Below are positions 1-15,500 of a stretch of 64,000 nt of DNA, piece after piece. The position numbers were made by a program, and so were the translations under genes. The number at the start of each line of letters is the position of its first letter. Within the stretch, counting starts at the first letter, position 1. This DNA comes from the human T2T-CHM13v2.0 reference genome, Homo sapiens. The stretch lies in the NCBI RefSeq assembly GCF_009914755.1, contig NC_060946.1; one strand, 5' to 3'. A model generated the notes under the pieces. That model was not told the DNA's origin and searched no databases. It worked only from the letters and a program-made list of their open reading frames with translations.

Positions 1-309
1 CCACTGTTCTCCAGCCTGGGCTACGAAGCGAGACTCTGTCTCTAAAGAAAAACATACTGGTGGCATTGTCAAGATTTGTCAAGAAATAGCCATTATGCTG
101 GACCCAGTGGTGCGCACCTGTAGTGCCAGCTTTTCAGGAGGCTGAAGTGGGAGAATCTCTTGAGCCTAGGAGTTTGAGTTCAGCTTGGGCAGCATTGCAA
201 GAGCCCAGTCTCAAAAATATTAGGTCAATAAGGTTTATTTTAATTAAACAAGAAAAAGAAATATCTGCTAAAATTTAAAGCTATTCTATTCTTCCTCTCT
301 CTCTTCTAG

Positions 310-413
310 TGTTCTTGGGGAAGATCCCGACTAAGCCATTTTCCAGTGGCACCTCTTCCATCATGAGTTCCTGAGGCAGTCCGATGGGGCTACTTTATTC
401 CAGAACAATCACA
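310..413 (+). other. SPECC1L: SPECC1L 5'UTR non-coding exon (exon 2, 104 nt)
   Basis: Long polypyrimidine tract ending ctcttctag| at 309; donor ACA|gtgaga at 414; length matches my recollection of the c.-141..-38 exon. Confidence 0.75.
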
Positions 414-959
414 GTGAGACCTTTTCTCCCAATAAATGCCCCTTTTCTCTCCTTAATATATTCTCTTGCTTACAAAACACTGGTGTCTCCTTATCATGGT
501 TTGGTTCTACCCCACTGGGCCCAAGAATTCTTGCCCAGGAGCAACTGAATTTTCTTCTTGCTTGCTTTTTAAAACTTTGGTGGGGTAGAGCCAATTTTAA
601 ATCTTCTGATCCATTTTTTCATTGTTTTTCTCGCCCTTCTGCATTTTCTGCAAATTCTGTTGAATCATTGCAGTTACTTAGGTTTGCTTCGTCTCCCCCA
701 TTACAAACTACTTACTGGGTTTTTCAACCCTAGTTCCCTCATTTTTATGATTTATGCTCATTTCTTTGTACACTTCGTCTTGCTCCATCTCCCAACTCAT
801 GGCCCCTGGCTTTGGATTATTGTTTTGGTCTTTTATTTTTTGTCTTCTTCTACCTCAACACTTATCTTCCTCTCCCAGTCTCCGGTACCCTATCACCAAG
901 GTTGTCATTAACCTTTCATATTATTCCTCATTATCCATGTATTCATTTGCAAATAAGCG

Positions 960-1630
960 TATATTAACAAAATCACAGGTTTATGGAGATATAATTCACA
1001 TACCTTAAAATTCAGGCTTTTAAAGTGTACCTTTCATGTGGTTTTTGGTATATTCACAAAGTTATGCATTGATCACCACCATCTGATTCCATAACATGTT
1101 CAATACCTCAAAAAGAAGTCTGTACTCATTAGTAGTCATTTCACATTCACCACTCCCTCTGGCTCTGGGCAGTCACTGATCTTTGTGTCTCTATGGATTT
1201 GCCTAGTCTAGGTATTTTTATGTAAATGGCATCATACAACATGTGACCTTTTGTTTGGCTTTTTTCATTTAGCAAAATGTTATCAAGGTCTGTCCCTGTT
1301 GTAGCATGTATTAGCACTTCATTTCTTATATGCTGAATGATATACTTTATTTGTCCATCAGTTGTTCATGCTTTATTTGTCCATCAGTTGATGAACATTT
1401 GCGTTTTTGCCACTTTGGGCTATTAAGAATAATGCTACTGTGAACAAGTGTGTACAAGTTCCTCTACAAATTTTTGTGTGGACATATCCTTTCAGTTCTC
1501 TCAGGTGTATATCTGGGAATTGAATTGCTGGGTCGTGTAGTAGCTATGTTAAACACTTTGAGAAACTGCTATAATGTTCTCCAGAGCTGTACCATTTTAA
1601 ATTCTGTGTATGAGGATTCCACGTTCTCCA
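960..1630 (-). mobile_element. Old L1M 3' fragment
   Basis: ttcatttagcaaaatgtt...gttgtagcatgta...aataatgctactgtgaaca antisense L1 3'UTR motifs. Confidence 0.7.
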
Positions 1631-1682
1631 CTTCCTCACCAGTGTATGGATTTGGGGGTATACTTTTTAAAAAGTGGGATTA

Positions 1683-1987
<305 letters not shown>

Positions 1988-2994
1988 GTGGGATGATATT
2001 TTTGACACTTTTCTTCTTGTTTTCTTAATTTCATACTTCTGGAAATTCCATTAAATTAGCTGGTACCACTCTAACTCATTGTGTTTCATGGCTGCATAGT
2101 AATATTGCATAATATAAATATACCATTCATTCATCAAAGTTAGCAGATATTGACTGTTAGGTGCCAGGCACTGCTCTAAGCGTTAAAGAAAAACACACAA
2201 AAACTTTTGCATTCTTAGAGTTTATTTTCCAATGGAGGGGGTGGAGGGAGGTAAGAATTTAGGAAATAAATTAATTACATATATAGCATAGGGTTTCACC
2301 AGTGAGTGCAGCTTGAATCGTTGGCAGCTTTCTTAGTAGTATAAATACAGTACTAAAGATGAAATTACTCTAAATGGTGTTACTTAAATTACTGGAATAG
2401 GTATTACTATTAGTCACTTTGCAGGTGAAAGTGGAAACACCATCGTAAAATGTAAAATAGGAAACAGCTGGTTAATGTGGATCTGGAGTTTTTCTAGGAC
2501 ATAAACTGATGAGCCAGAAAAGTAAATGTGTCAGTCCTTGGTAGCACAGTTTGTACGTTTATAAATTTTATCCAAATCCTCTTAATCTAGTGATTAATAG
2601 ACACTCTTCACAAAAGGATGAGGGAGGTATATGTATATGTGTTGAAAGGTTCCGAAGGATGCAACCGAGAGTACTTCGGGGGACGTGGCAAAACTTCCAG
2701 GCCCATTCAAGAGTCTTGTTTTCTCCCTGAGCTTTTATGTATTTATTATATTGCCCTATTAATTATTGAGATTGTGCCTTACAGTAAAAGCTGCTTTAAA
2801 TTGTTGACGCTATAATTTAAAATAATCTGGGTCACCTAGAGTGGTTAAACCTGGAAGAAAAGGATATCCTTCCTGCCAGGGCAGATTGTATGTAGATATG
2901 CAACCTGGTTGCGCCTGTGCTGACCTCTACTCTGTTGGGCCTGGAAGTATGCAGTTCAACGTTTCTCTTCTGATTTTTAAAAAAAATTTGACTT

Positions 2995-3485
2995 TGTTTA
3001 CTTTTTATTTTATTTTAATTTAGAGACAAGGTTTCACTATTTTGCACAGGCTGGTCTCAAATTCCTGGGCTCAAGTGATCCCCTTGCCTCGGCCTCCCAA
3101 ATACTGGGATTACAGGCATGAGCCACTGCACCTGGCCTTAACTTTGAAATGAAGTTAGAAATGTACATTTTATTTTTTTAATTATTATTATTATTATTTA
3201 TTATTTTAGAAACAGGTCTAGCTCTGTTGCCCAGGTTGTAGGGCAACAATGGTGCAATCACAGCTCACTGCAGCCTCCACCTCCTGGGCTCAAGTGATTT
3301 TCATGCCTCAGCCTTCCGAGTAGCTGGGATTACAGGCATGTGCCACCATGCCCGGCTAATTTTTTGTATTTTTAGTAGAGACCAGGTTTCACCATGTTGC
3401 TCAGGCTGGTCTTCTGACCTCAAGTGATCTGCCCGCCTCAGCCTCCCAAAGTGCTGGGATTATAGGCGTGAGACACCACGCCCAG
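2995..3485 (-). mobile_element. FLAM monomer (~2995-3140) plus Alu (~3170-3485)
   Basis: Antisense Alu consensus with T-rich tails. Confidence 0.85.
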
Positions 3486-4029
3486 GTGAACAGAATAGTT
3501 TTCCATTCACCACAGTTTGTGACAGTCTCTACATTGTGAAGTGACAAGTTCTCTTCTATTTTCCTTCTGCCCCTCATCACCTTTTTCTTCCTCATTTCTT
3601 TTTTGAATTTTGCTGTCTTGAATTGATGTCTAAAGGATGACATAGCAGACAAGGGGACTGACACATGAACTCTCATGAGTTACTGAGGAGTTTCTCAGTG
3701 CTCTGTCTGCATCATCTGCTCACTCTCTCCTTCCTAGGTGCTAGCCTGCCAACCTGCTTTGAGAAATTGGAAATGAATTGGGGGGTAATCAGCCTCCCCT
3801 TGTACATGTAGGGACCGCATCTCCAATGCCTTGCTTTACATAATGACGAATGGTGTTTTGCTTACCTACTTCCACACAAACTGCTGATATGGTTAGGATT
3901 TGGGAAAGGGGAAGAAGGGAATTTTGGGTTTTGAGGAGTAGCTGGGGCTTGAACAAAGAAGAGGTAGTAATGAACATTCCTGGGGTGAGGCAATTAGTTA
4001 GCTGAGGGAGAAGAAGGCATATAATAAAT

Positions 4030-4620
4030 TAGGGATTGACAGACTGTCTGTAAAGGGCCAGACAGTAAATGTTTTAGTCATTGAAGACCTTAAGGTCTCT
4101 GTTGCATCTAATCAACTCCATCATTGTAGTGCAAAAGTAACCACAGCCACTACAGATGTGAATGAATGTGACTATGTTTCAATAACATTTTTTTTTTTTT
4201 TTTTTTTGAGACAGTGTCACTCTGTTGCTCAGGCTGGAGGGCAGCAGTATGACCACAGCTTATTACAGCCCTGACTTCCCAGGCTCAAGTGATCCTCCCA
4301 CCTCAGCCTTCCAGGTAGCTGGGACTATAGGCATTTGCCACCGCCCCCCATTAGTTTTTGTATTTTTTTGTAGAGGCGGCGTTTCACCATGTTGGCCAGG
4401 CTGGTCTTGAACTCCTGAACTTCTGGGCTCACGCTCTCCACCCTACTCGGCCACCGAAAGTGTTGGGATTACAGGCATGAGCCAGTGTCCAGCCCAAAAT
4501 AGTCTTTTGATTTTTTTTCCCCCAACCATTTAAAAATGCAAAACATTCTTAGTTTTTGGGCTGAAAAAAGACAAGTGATGGGTCAGATTTGGCCCCGGAT
4601 TGTGGTTTGTTTACCCCTGT
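4030..4620. mobile_element. MER58-like hAT element split by an Alu
   Basis: ctgtaaagggccagacagtaaat...cagatttggcccc; Alu at 4188-4495 in the middle. Confidence 0.65.
4188..4495 (-). mobile_element. Alu (AluJ-like)
   Basis: Poly-T followed by antisense Alu consensus. Confidence 0.9.
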
Positions 4621-5440
4621 TACAGAGGAACAGGAAGCAGAGAGGACTGGTTATAGGGCCTGGGAAGCCAAGCCAGGGAGTTAGACTTAAGGTAGTATGT
4701 AAGAGGAAACCATTTTTGTAATGTAATGAAAATTTTAAAGGAAGGATGTTTTGTATTTATATGTGTTCCTGGAAGCATCTGAGTTTTTATTCAAAACATG
4801 TTTTCACTATGGAAAATTTCAAACATTTACAAAGTAGAGAGAAAAATGTAGTGAAATACCAAGTGATGTATTTATCACCTACCTTCAACAATTATCAGTC
4901 CTAGGTCCTTTGCATTTCTGTGTTTTAGAATCAACTTGTCACATTCTACAAAAAAGCTCCTGGAATTTCTGTTGGGATTGTTTTGATTCTGTAGATAATT
5001 TCAGGGGAAGAATTGACTTCTTAATAAAATTGAATCTCCTAACCCATGACCATGGTATACTTCTCAATTTATTTAGTTTTTCTTTAATTTTTCTCAACAA
5101 TATTTTGTAGTTTTCAGTGTACAAATCTTTCCAGTTTTTTGAAGGGATGTGGTCAGATTTACTTCTATTTCATATATTTTGATACTGTGAATTTCAACTT
5201 CCCATTATTCATTGCTAATATATAAAAATAATACTTGGTTTTTGTGTATTAATCTTGTATCCTGAGACCTTAATGTAATTCGTTTTCAAAGCTTTTTGAT
5301 GGATTCCATTGGCTATTCTGTCAATGTTGTCTGTGAATAAAGACAGTTGTACTTTTTTCTTCCCACTCTGAATGCCTTTTATTTGTTTTTCCTTCCTTTA
5401 CTGCACTGGCTAGAACTTCTAAGTACATAATGAATAGAAG

Positions 5441-6122
5441 TGTAACTGCCCAATGGGTTCACCTTGCCCATTGCCTAGACAGAGCGGAATCATCAAGACG
5501 GGAATTGTAATAGAGAAAGAGTAATTCAGGCAGAGCCTGCTGGGTGGGAGACTGGAGTTTTATGATTACTCAAATCAGTCTCCCTGAGCATTTGAGGAGC
5601 AGAGTTTTTAAGGACAGCTTGGTAGGTGGGGGGAAGCCGATGGGCCAGGAGTGCTGATTGGTCAGGGGTGAAATCAAAAGGAGTTGAAACTTTCTTCTTG
5701 AGCTGAGTCCGTTCCTGGGTGGGGGCCACAAGATCAGATGAGCCAGTTAATCGATCTGGATGGTGCCAGCTGATCCATCAAGTGCAGGGTCTGCAAAATT
5801 TCTCAAGCACTGATCTCAAGAGCAGTTTAGGGAGGGTCAGAATCTTTAGCCTTCAGCTGCGTGACTCCTAAACCATAATTTCTAATCTTGTGTCTAATGT
5901 GAGTCCTACGAAGGCAGTCTGGTGCCCAGGCAAGAAGGAGGTCTGCTTTGGGAAAGGGCTGTTACCATCTTTGTTTTAAACTATAAACTATAAGTTTCTC
6001 CCGAAGTTAGTTCAGTCTACACCCAGGAATGAGCAAGGACAACTGGGAGGTTAGAAGCAAGATGGAGTCAGTTAAGTTAGATCTCTCACTGTCTCAGTCA
6101 TAATTTTGTAAAGGCAGTTTCA
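5441..6122 (-). mobile_element. Solo LTR8-like ERV1 LTR inserted into an old L1
   Basis: TG...CA termini; minus strand begins tgaaactgcctttacaaaattatgactgagacag, matching the LTR8 consensus as recalled; L1 sequence resumes on both sides. Confidence 0.8.
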
Positions 6123-6387
6123 ATCGTGGTAAAAGTGGATTTCCTTGTCTCATTTTTGATCCTATGGGGAAAATATTCAGTCTTACGTCATTCAGTATGA
6201 TATTAGCTACAGGTATTTCATATATGCTGTTTGTCAGGTTTAGTAGGTTATCCTCTGTGTGGAGTTTTGTATTTTTTTAATAAGGAATGAATGTTGGGTT
6301 TTGTTTAGTGTTTTTCTGTGTGTATTGAGAAGATCATACAGCTTTTCTGTTTTAGTTTACAATGTGGTGAGTTACATTGAGTTTTGA

Positions 6388-6987
<600 letters not shown>

Positions 6988-8020
6988 TGCCTTGCCGATT
7001 TTTGAATGTTAAACTAACCTTGCATTTGTGGGATAAACCCTACTTGGTTATGATATATTATCCTTTTTTTCTAGATTGTTAGACTCAATTTGCTAAAATT
7101 TTGTTTGTAATTTTTACATTTATTTTCACGAGAGATATGGGTCTGTAGGTTTCTTTTTTTGTAATGTCTTTGTCAGATTTTGGTATCAAAGTAATGCTGG
7201 CTTCATAGAATGAGTTGAGAAATATTCTTCTCAGTTTTCTGGAAGAGTTTGTAAAGAATTTGTTTTATTTCTTCTTTAGTGGAATTCCTGAGTGAATGCA
7301 TCTACGCCTGGGGTTTTCTTTGTAGGAAAGTTTTTAACTACAAATCCAATTTCTTCAATAACTATAGAGCTATTCAAGTTATTTATCACTGTTTGAGCTT
7401 CGATAGTTTGTCTTTCAAGAAATTCATTTATTTTATGATAGTTTGTCTTTCAAGAAATTCATTTATTTTATCTAGGTTCTTGAATTTACTGGCATAAAGT
7501 GGTTTCTAACAGTCTCTTATTTTCCTCTGATAGCTGTAGAATCTGTAGTGTTGTTACCCTTTCCATTCTTAATGCTGGTAATTTGTGTCCTCTCTTTTTT
7601 ATGAGTGTGGCTAGAGGTTTATCAGTTTTCTTGATCCTCTCAACCCATTTTTTGTTTCATTGATCTCTGTTTTACGTTTTCTATTTCATTGATTTTTGCT
7701 TAGATGTTTATTCTTTTCTTCTCCATACTTTGTGTTTCATTGCTCTTCTTTTTCATGTTTCTTAAAGTAGGAGCTGATTTGAGTCTTTTCTTCTTTTCCA
7801 ACATAGGTGTTTAGTGTTATAAATTTCCCTTTACTGCTTTAAGTTTTTAAAGGTAATTTAAGGATAGCCCACAAATTTTGATATGTTATGTTTTCATTTT
7901 AAGTTCAAAACACATTCTGATTTCCCTTTTGGTTTCTTCTTTAGTTCATAGACGTAGAAGTATGTGAGTTCCCAAGTATTTCAGAATTTTCCAGAGATAT
8001 TCCATTATTTTGTAATTTAA

Positions 8021-8343
<323 letters not shown>

Positions 8344-9237
8344 TGAGAATCTTTAAAATTAAAAACACCACCACAATACTATTATCCCATCTTTAAAAAG
8401 CAACAGTTCAGAAAGAAGGAGGACAATTTGAAAGAATACAGAAAGGATCAGAGAGATCGGTGTCAGTCAAGAAAGCCTGATAAAAGGCCAGTGGAGTGAC
8501 TCATGCAGAGTAGAGGGAGTGGATGAGAAGAGAAAGGGAGAGACACATAGTCACCAGGGACAATCAAAGGAAAAGTAAGTGTAATTTTGTAGTTGATTGA
8601 AGAGGAAGATGGAGGAAGGTAAAAGAAAGCTGTGTTGAATTAAACTCTAGAGTGATCAAAGCTGTGGTGGTTAGGATTGGAAGAGGGTGGCACACACTTA
8701 GATTGGGTGACAAAGTTTGTAGTTGTCTAGAAGAACCTCTGAAGTTTCTCTGCTTAAGTCGGAGTGGAAGCAGCCCTGGGGATTGTAGTGGAAAGGGAGA
8801 GCTATATGTCTACTAGTACTGTGACAAGATAGAAGAAAGTAAGTTTAGGATAAAGGGAAATTTGTCCTTCTGGTTGTAGTGGGAAGGAAAGGAGATGGAT
8901 GCTTACTGTAATTCTGTGGGCTGAGCATTTTCCTTGTTAGTTTCCACACATCGTTTGATGTGGTTCTTATAGCATCCTATGTGTTAGCTGTTTCTACTTA
9001 AAGATGAAAGACCGAAATTTGGAGATGAGTAATATGCCCAGAGCCAGATAACTAATAAGTAGTGGAGTTGTTAGCATTTGAACGCATATTCTACCCAACC
9101 AGTCTGAGTTCTTTCCACTTGGTATGTAAATTCATGAATACAAGCCAGCAAATGTCCCAGGCTGCTCCTATTCAAAGAGCTGCCTTCTGTGTATCACGTG
9201 GTCTATGTTAAGTGTTATGATCTAAAACAATACTGCT

Positions 9238-9548
<311 letters not shown>

Positions 9549-10407
9549 GCGCTGTTCTTTTTTGAAAAGAAAATCTTGATTTTGTGTTTTGAAGTCCTTA
9601 AAAGCGATTGTTTATTTAAGCTAAAATAATCAAGTTACTCATTTATTCAGTAAATCAGATTCGACAGGCAACATTCTCAGAGGCATGTATATGTGTGTAG
9701 GGCTTTGGTGATTTTTTGGTGATGTTTGTAACCTAGAATATAGTTTCGAAGGCTTAGATTTAAGACTTCCATCTGATAAAGTGGGGGTAAGCTGCAGTGA
9801 AATCTGCATGGTAGTCTATTCTTGACACTTGCTGTTAGTAGTAACCTTTTACTGAAAGTCAAAGTTTGCTTATGTCTTACAGTACTGTTCTGAAAGTTTA
9901 CTTTTTAAAAATGAGAATGAAATATTGGGAAGAAACATCATAGTTATTTTACATATTCTGTTTTTTTAGTACCTGATTGGTTATGTTATATTGACATTCT
10001 CGCATGTAATTACACTTTATTGCTTGAACTTGCAATACATTGCTCCTGAGATAAAGACATAGGTGAAGCTTATCCTAAGTTGGTAACAGCAAAATTATTG
10101 TATTAATAATTGAGTCATATGGTGTGTTTCGGCATTTTAACAAGGAAGTATGGACCATGACATTTTGAATTTGAAAGGAAGTACTTTTTACTGCTTTCCT
10201 CTTTTTCTGTCTTATATCTTTGTCCTACCACTAAGAAGTGAGTAAAGTTCTAGACTCAGTTATAGGATATCTTAATAACAGGCCGTGAACTGTGTCACTG
10301 ATTAACTGACCTATCTAGTAAGAGTTAGGATTTACTTCTGACATTCATGTACTTTTTGCAGTAATTCAGGCTATTCACATCATAGCTTTGCTTTTGTCTG
10401 TTTTTCA

Positions 10408-10554
<147 letters not shown>

Positions 10555-11820
10555 TCAGATAAATAGTGATGACTTTTTTGGTCTAAGTATACCCTAAATG
10601 TTGTCTGGATAAAAGACACTTAGGTGAGTGCTGTGGCCAGAAAGGTAAGAGGGATGGGGGGCCAACCAACTAGAGACAAGGGAAGGTATCACTAAGGACA
10701 CGGCAGTGGAGCTGAGTCCTGAAGTGATGCACGAGCAGTTATTTCTCAGGGAGGAAAGTGGTAAGGGGTTTTCAGGGGTAGGAACAGTAGGAGCCAAAGT
10801 GTGGGTATGTGAGAGTGTGTGACTATGTGTGCACGTAAAATGGAAATGAGATGGAGGGATGGGTTGGAGCCTGGATTTGAAGAAGCAGGTATCGGCGCTG
10901 GGGTATTTGGCCTGGGACAGTGAGGCATTATTTTACAGGAGAGTGGCCTGGTGGGATGTGTGCTTTAGAGTGTGGACACACAGCTGTGGCACAGAAGGAT
11001 TGCTGGCAGGGGAGGGCGACAGGAGGCTGCCAGAGTTGTCCAGCTGGACTTCTTCCCTGACACAGACAGGCTGGCATAGGATTGGTGTGGTAGTGGGGAT
11101 GGGAAGGAGGGAATGCCGCGAGGTCAGGAACTTCTTCCAGTCGCCAAGAGGCGTCTTGACCGTTTAAAAATGTCTCTGAAGATTTAGCACACCAAGGCCC
11201 CCTATAGTCCCAGGGTATAGGCCACCCTTGAGATTAGAAAGAAACCCCTGGGAGCTGTGGTGGGGTGGATGTGGCTGTTGGAGGTGCCCCTATTCAGACT
11301 CCTGCTCTACCATTTGCTTCGGGATCACCTTTTACAGTGGATCTGATATTATAATACCCACTTCTTATGATGTAAAGGAACTGAATGAGTGTGGAATCCC
11401 TAGGACCCCGCTGGAATATAATGGGCCCTCGGGGTTTAGTTTCTTTCCTTCTTGCCGGTGAGGTTTGAGAGGGACTGGAGAACAGTGGATTTCGACCATC
11501 CATTTGGGGTTGTCAGTCTGTGCCAGGCCAGCTGGAAACTACAAAAAGGAGGTACAGGTAAGCAATAAGGCCCTGTGGTTCATCTCAGATTTCATTCCGG
11601 GAGATCAGAGAGAGCCCTTCCTGGAACTGTATCCTTTCCTGGGGAATATGGGTGGAAATCCAAGGGCCCTGTGCATAGATTTTCCCTTCTCTTTCAGCTC
11701 TGCCAGCTGCCAGAACTGTGGCTTTCTCAGCAGATTGTCTGTACACATGAGACCTTTTTTACGGAACGATTTACAGAAAGACAAACCCTTCCTTCCAAGT
11801 TTAACCAGTCCCCTTATACC

Positions 11821-12050
11821 AAGGTTTCCCAGCCTTGACTGTATTGATATTTTAGGCTGTATAATTCTTTGTCGTGGGGGGCTGTCCAGTGTGTTGTAGG
11901 GAGTTTACTAGGATTCCTGGCCTCTTACACACTCACTGTCTGTAGCACCTTGCCTCCCACCCAGTTGTGACAACGAAAAATGTGTACAGGAAGTGCCAAA
12001 TATCCCCTAGGGTACAAAATTGTCCCCTACCCCTCATTAAGTACCACTGC
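11821..12050. mobile_element. MER20 hAT element
   Basis: ataattctttgtcgtggggggctgtcc...cccagttgtgacaacgaaaaatgt signature. Confidence 0.75.
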
Positions 12051-12191
12051 TTTATACTCACTAGACACAGGGAAAAAGAACTTCTTAGCATTTTTTATTA
12101 ATTTCTTTTTAACCTAACCAGTGAAATGCTTGTTGAAAAAAAGACTTAGTTTTTACTACACTGAATTTGAATTCTATTTTAACTTATTTAG

Positions 12192-12533
<342 letters not shown>

Positions 12534-15500
12534 AATTATAAGCTTTTTAGAAAGGATTTTTTACATTGTTATATTTGAACCATTAATGAAGTGCAAAATG
12601 AAATGTTTCATTTAGTATTTCACATCAGAGGTTGTTATAAATGTACAAATAGATTGATGTTTTGAATTAAAACTATGGCTGACAGTTAATTTTATCGATA
12701 CCAAATTGTGCAAGTTTAAACTGCCTGCCAAGAGTCTGAGCATAAAGCTGTGGTTTGAAAGGATCCTGAATAAACGTTTTCTTTTTGTAAATATTCAGAA
12801 ACTTTGGCTAAGGAGGTAGTGGCCAGAGGAGACGCAAAATTTTTTGCATTCTGGCAGTTTGAACTTTGGGAACGAATGTGTTTTGGACTAAATCTGGAAA
12901 AATCACTTATGTACTGTTGCCAGACATTCTTTTAGGCTGTCCTTTTCCAGGCTTGTCACTTGTCTGGAATGTTAAGTGTTGTCAGTAGTTTAACGTCCTT
13001 TCCAGCAGCTTGCATTAAAGTGAGAGAAGATCTCCAGAAATGGATCTGAAGAGGTCTTGGCATAAGATTAGGACTTTTATTTCATTATTTTTTAAAAAGT
13101 AGAAAGAAGGAGAAGACTTACATGGTTCTAAGTTTAAAAAAATCCAGGAAGCTTCTAATCGTTTCTAATTATTTTCTTGGGTTAAGCCTCATAGAATAAT
13201 AGAAATCATAAGTTAGTGTGAGTGAGCTTTTCGTTGGCCAAAACAAGTGGGAATACAGTTGTGCTGTTTAGTGGCCATTTGAGTTGGTATTACTGATAAC
13301 TACCTCCTTTTTTTTTTTTTTTAGCATCCTATGTGTAGTTGTGGTTGGTCTAGCATCCTATATGTAGTTGTGCTTGCTTTCCTCTCTAACCAAAGTTTGT
13401 TTTTCCTTTCTGTCCACGTGGGGTTATTATGAGAATCAGTGCCCTAGTATTTGTGCAGTGTGGGCTTTCCACATTGTCTGGCTGGTGCTTTCCAGGCAGC
13501 TTACTTTCATAGTTAAACGACAATGGCAACATCAACAAAGTGTCTCTGCCTCCTCATTACCCCCGGCTCTCTCCCCTTCACACATTTTTGAGATGTTCTT
13601 TATCCTTTTCTTTCCTACTCAGCTTTTTATTCCACTCCACTGCAGCATGACTTGGCCTCCATCCCTCCACTGGGGATTCATTGGCCCTGCTCACCATCAC
13701 CTCCTTATCTTGATTAAAGTGGCCACTCAGGCGTGACTGAGCAGTCTTTCTCCTGTGGATTCACCTTGAGACTTTCTTAACTGGTTGGACAGGCAGAAAG
13801 GAGGGAATTGTGAGAAGAACTGGGTTAAAGCAGAAAGGAGCTGCATTTTCCTTCCGTGGCCATGAGGCTGTTTAAGGGGGAGTGCCTACCTGGAGTGGGG
13901 AGAGGACATAGAGTACAGTTTCTTTCGTCCTGGAGTTGGAGGTAGAAACAGGGGAGGTAGATCTGGATGCCATCTTTCCTCATAAGTCATAACCGATATC
14001 GTTGATTCCTGGAAATGGGAAACTACCCTGTTAAATGTACTACATGTTACAATTTTAGGCATAGTATAAAATCTGTCTTTAAAAATTAAGAAAGTACTGT
14101 CTTATAAAAACAAGCATTTAAAAGTTGTGCCTCAGTCAGTAAGCATTGAAGTTTTTTGAGCAGTACTGGACTTCTGTCTGGATTCAGACTGAGCAGAGAA
14201 TCACATATCTGAAGGCATCTTACCCCTGCTTCTCTCTCCCTCCTGTCTGTTTCATGCACCTTGAATATATGCCAACTTGCACATGTGCAGTTTTTTGACA
14301 TGACAAGGCTCAGACTTTCCCTCTTAGTAGTCCTTGACTTTTTCAGTGGAGTCTCACTCCAAGTCTTTAAAATGTGTACATAAAATGCACCTTTCTGAAT
14401 GTGTGTCATAATTCACCATAAGAAAGGTTATGTATATGTTGAAGAATATAGGATCAATCCATTACATTATGATTTATTTGATTTAAACACTTCTTACTGG
14501 GTTTCTTTTGAAAGTTTTGATTGGCTTTTGGTAAGACACATGTTTTATCAAATCGATTGTTGATTTTGCTTCATTTAGCAGCATTCACTTTCTGACTCTG
14601 AAGTGGCCCTTTCCCTGAGTTATAGTTTCCCTTGACTGTGTGATTCTTTCTTCTCAGTGTTTTAAGTCTGTTCTTAATTTACAATTTTAATATGATCTCT
14701 ACATTTTGAAAATGAAGTTTGTGAAATAAGAGAGATAAATATATTTAGATTGCTTAGGTTAAAAACCCTTTTTGGATTTTCAGTGGGTATTGATAGGCAT
14801 AAAAAGTCATAATTAATAAGCAGTTCCTCTTAAATTGTTTGATTCCGTGTTCTGAAAGTACAGATTATGAAATGAAATTTTCGAACTTCTGAAAGCTACT
14901 AATCCACTCTCCTTTATAAACAAGGCTCACAGAGTGTGGGTGACTTGCACAAGGTCACATAGATGGTGCCAGACCTGGGACTGCAATCCAGGTCTCTTGA
15001 TTTTTGTTCCAGTGTACTCCATACTATGTATTTTCATAATATGTAATTTTCAGTGGGAAAAACCCATAAGCTAATGTTGTTTGTTGACATCTGTGGGCCA
15101 TGGTATATAATCTAATATAAGTAGTAGGTAAAAACAATCTTTAGTCATTCCTTATAAAGGGTTTCTTTTACAAAGTGTCTTTTGAATTGCTGCTTTTATT
15201 TTAATAAGGCAGTAGTCATACATGGGGCATGCAATATATTCTTCTGTAAATTATGATAGCTCATGTTATCTGGTCTTTACTGTGGGCTGCCAGCCTGCTA
15301 ACCACTTTAGGCTCATTATTTCATTGAATCCTCTCAACATCCTTATAAGGAAGGTACATAGTATTACCAGCCCCCTTTTAAAATGAAGAAACAGATTTCA
15401 GAGAGGTTAACTTACCCAGGGATATAGAAGGATACAGATTTGATCATACGTGGTTGGGCAGTCTCCTGGATAGTAGTGTTTTCTTTTTGTTGTTGTTGTT

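Noticed and set aside
1-309. SPECC1L promoter / exon 1
   Set aside because: No CpG island or first-exon features here; it must lie upstream of the window.
11465-11899. 144-aa ORF in intron 2
   Set aside because: Non-ATG start, no recognisable domain, runs into MER20.
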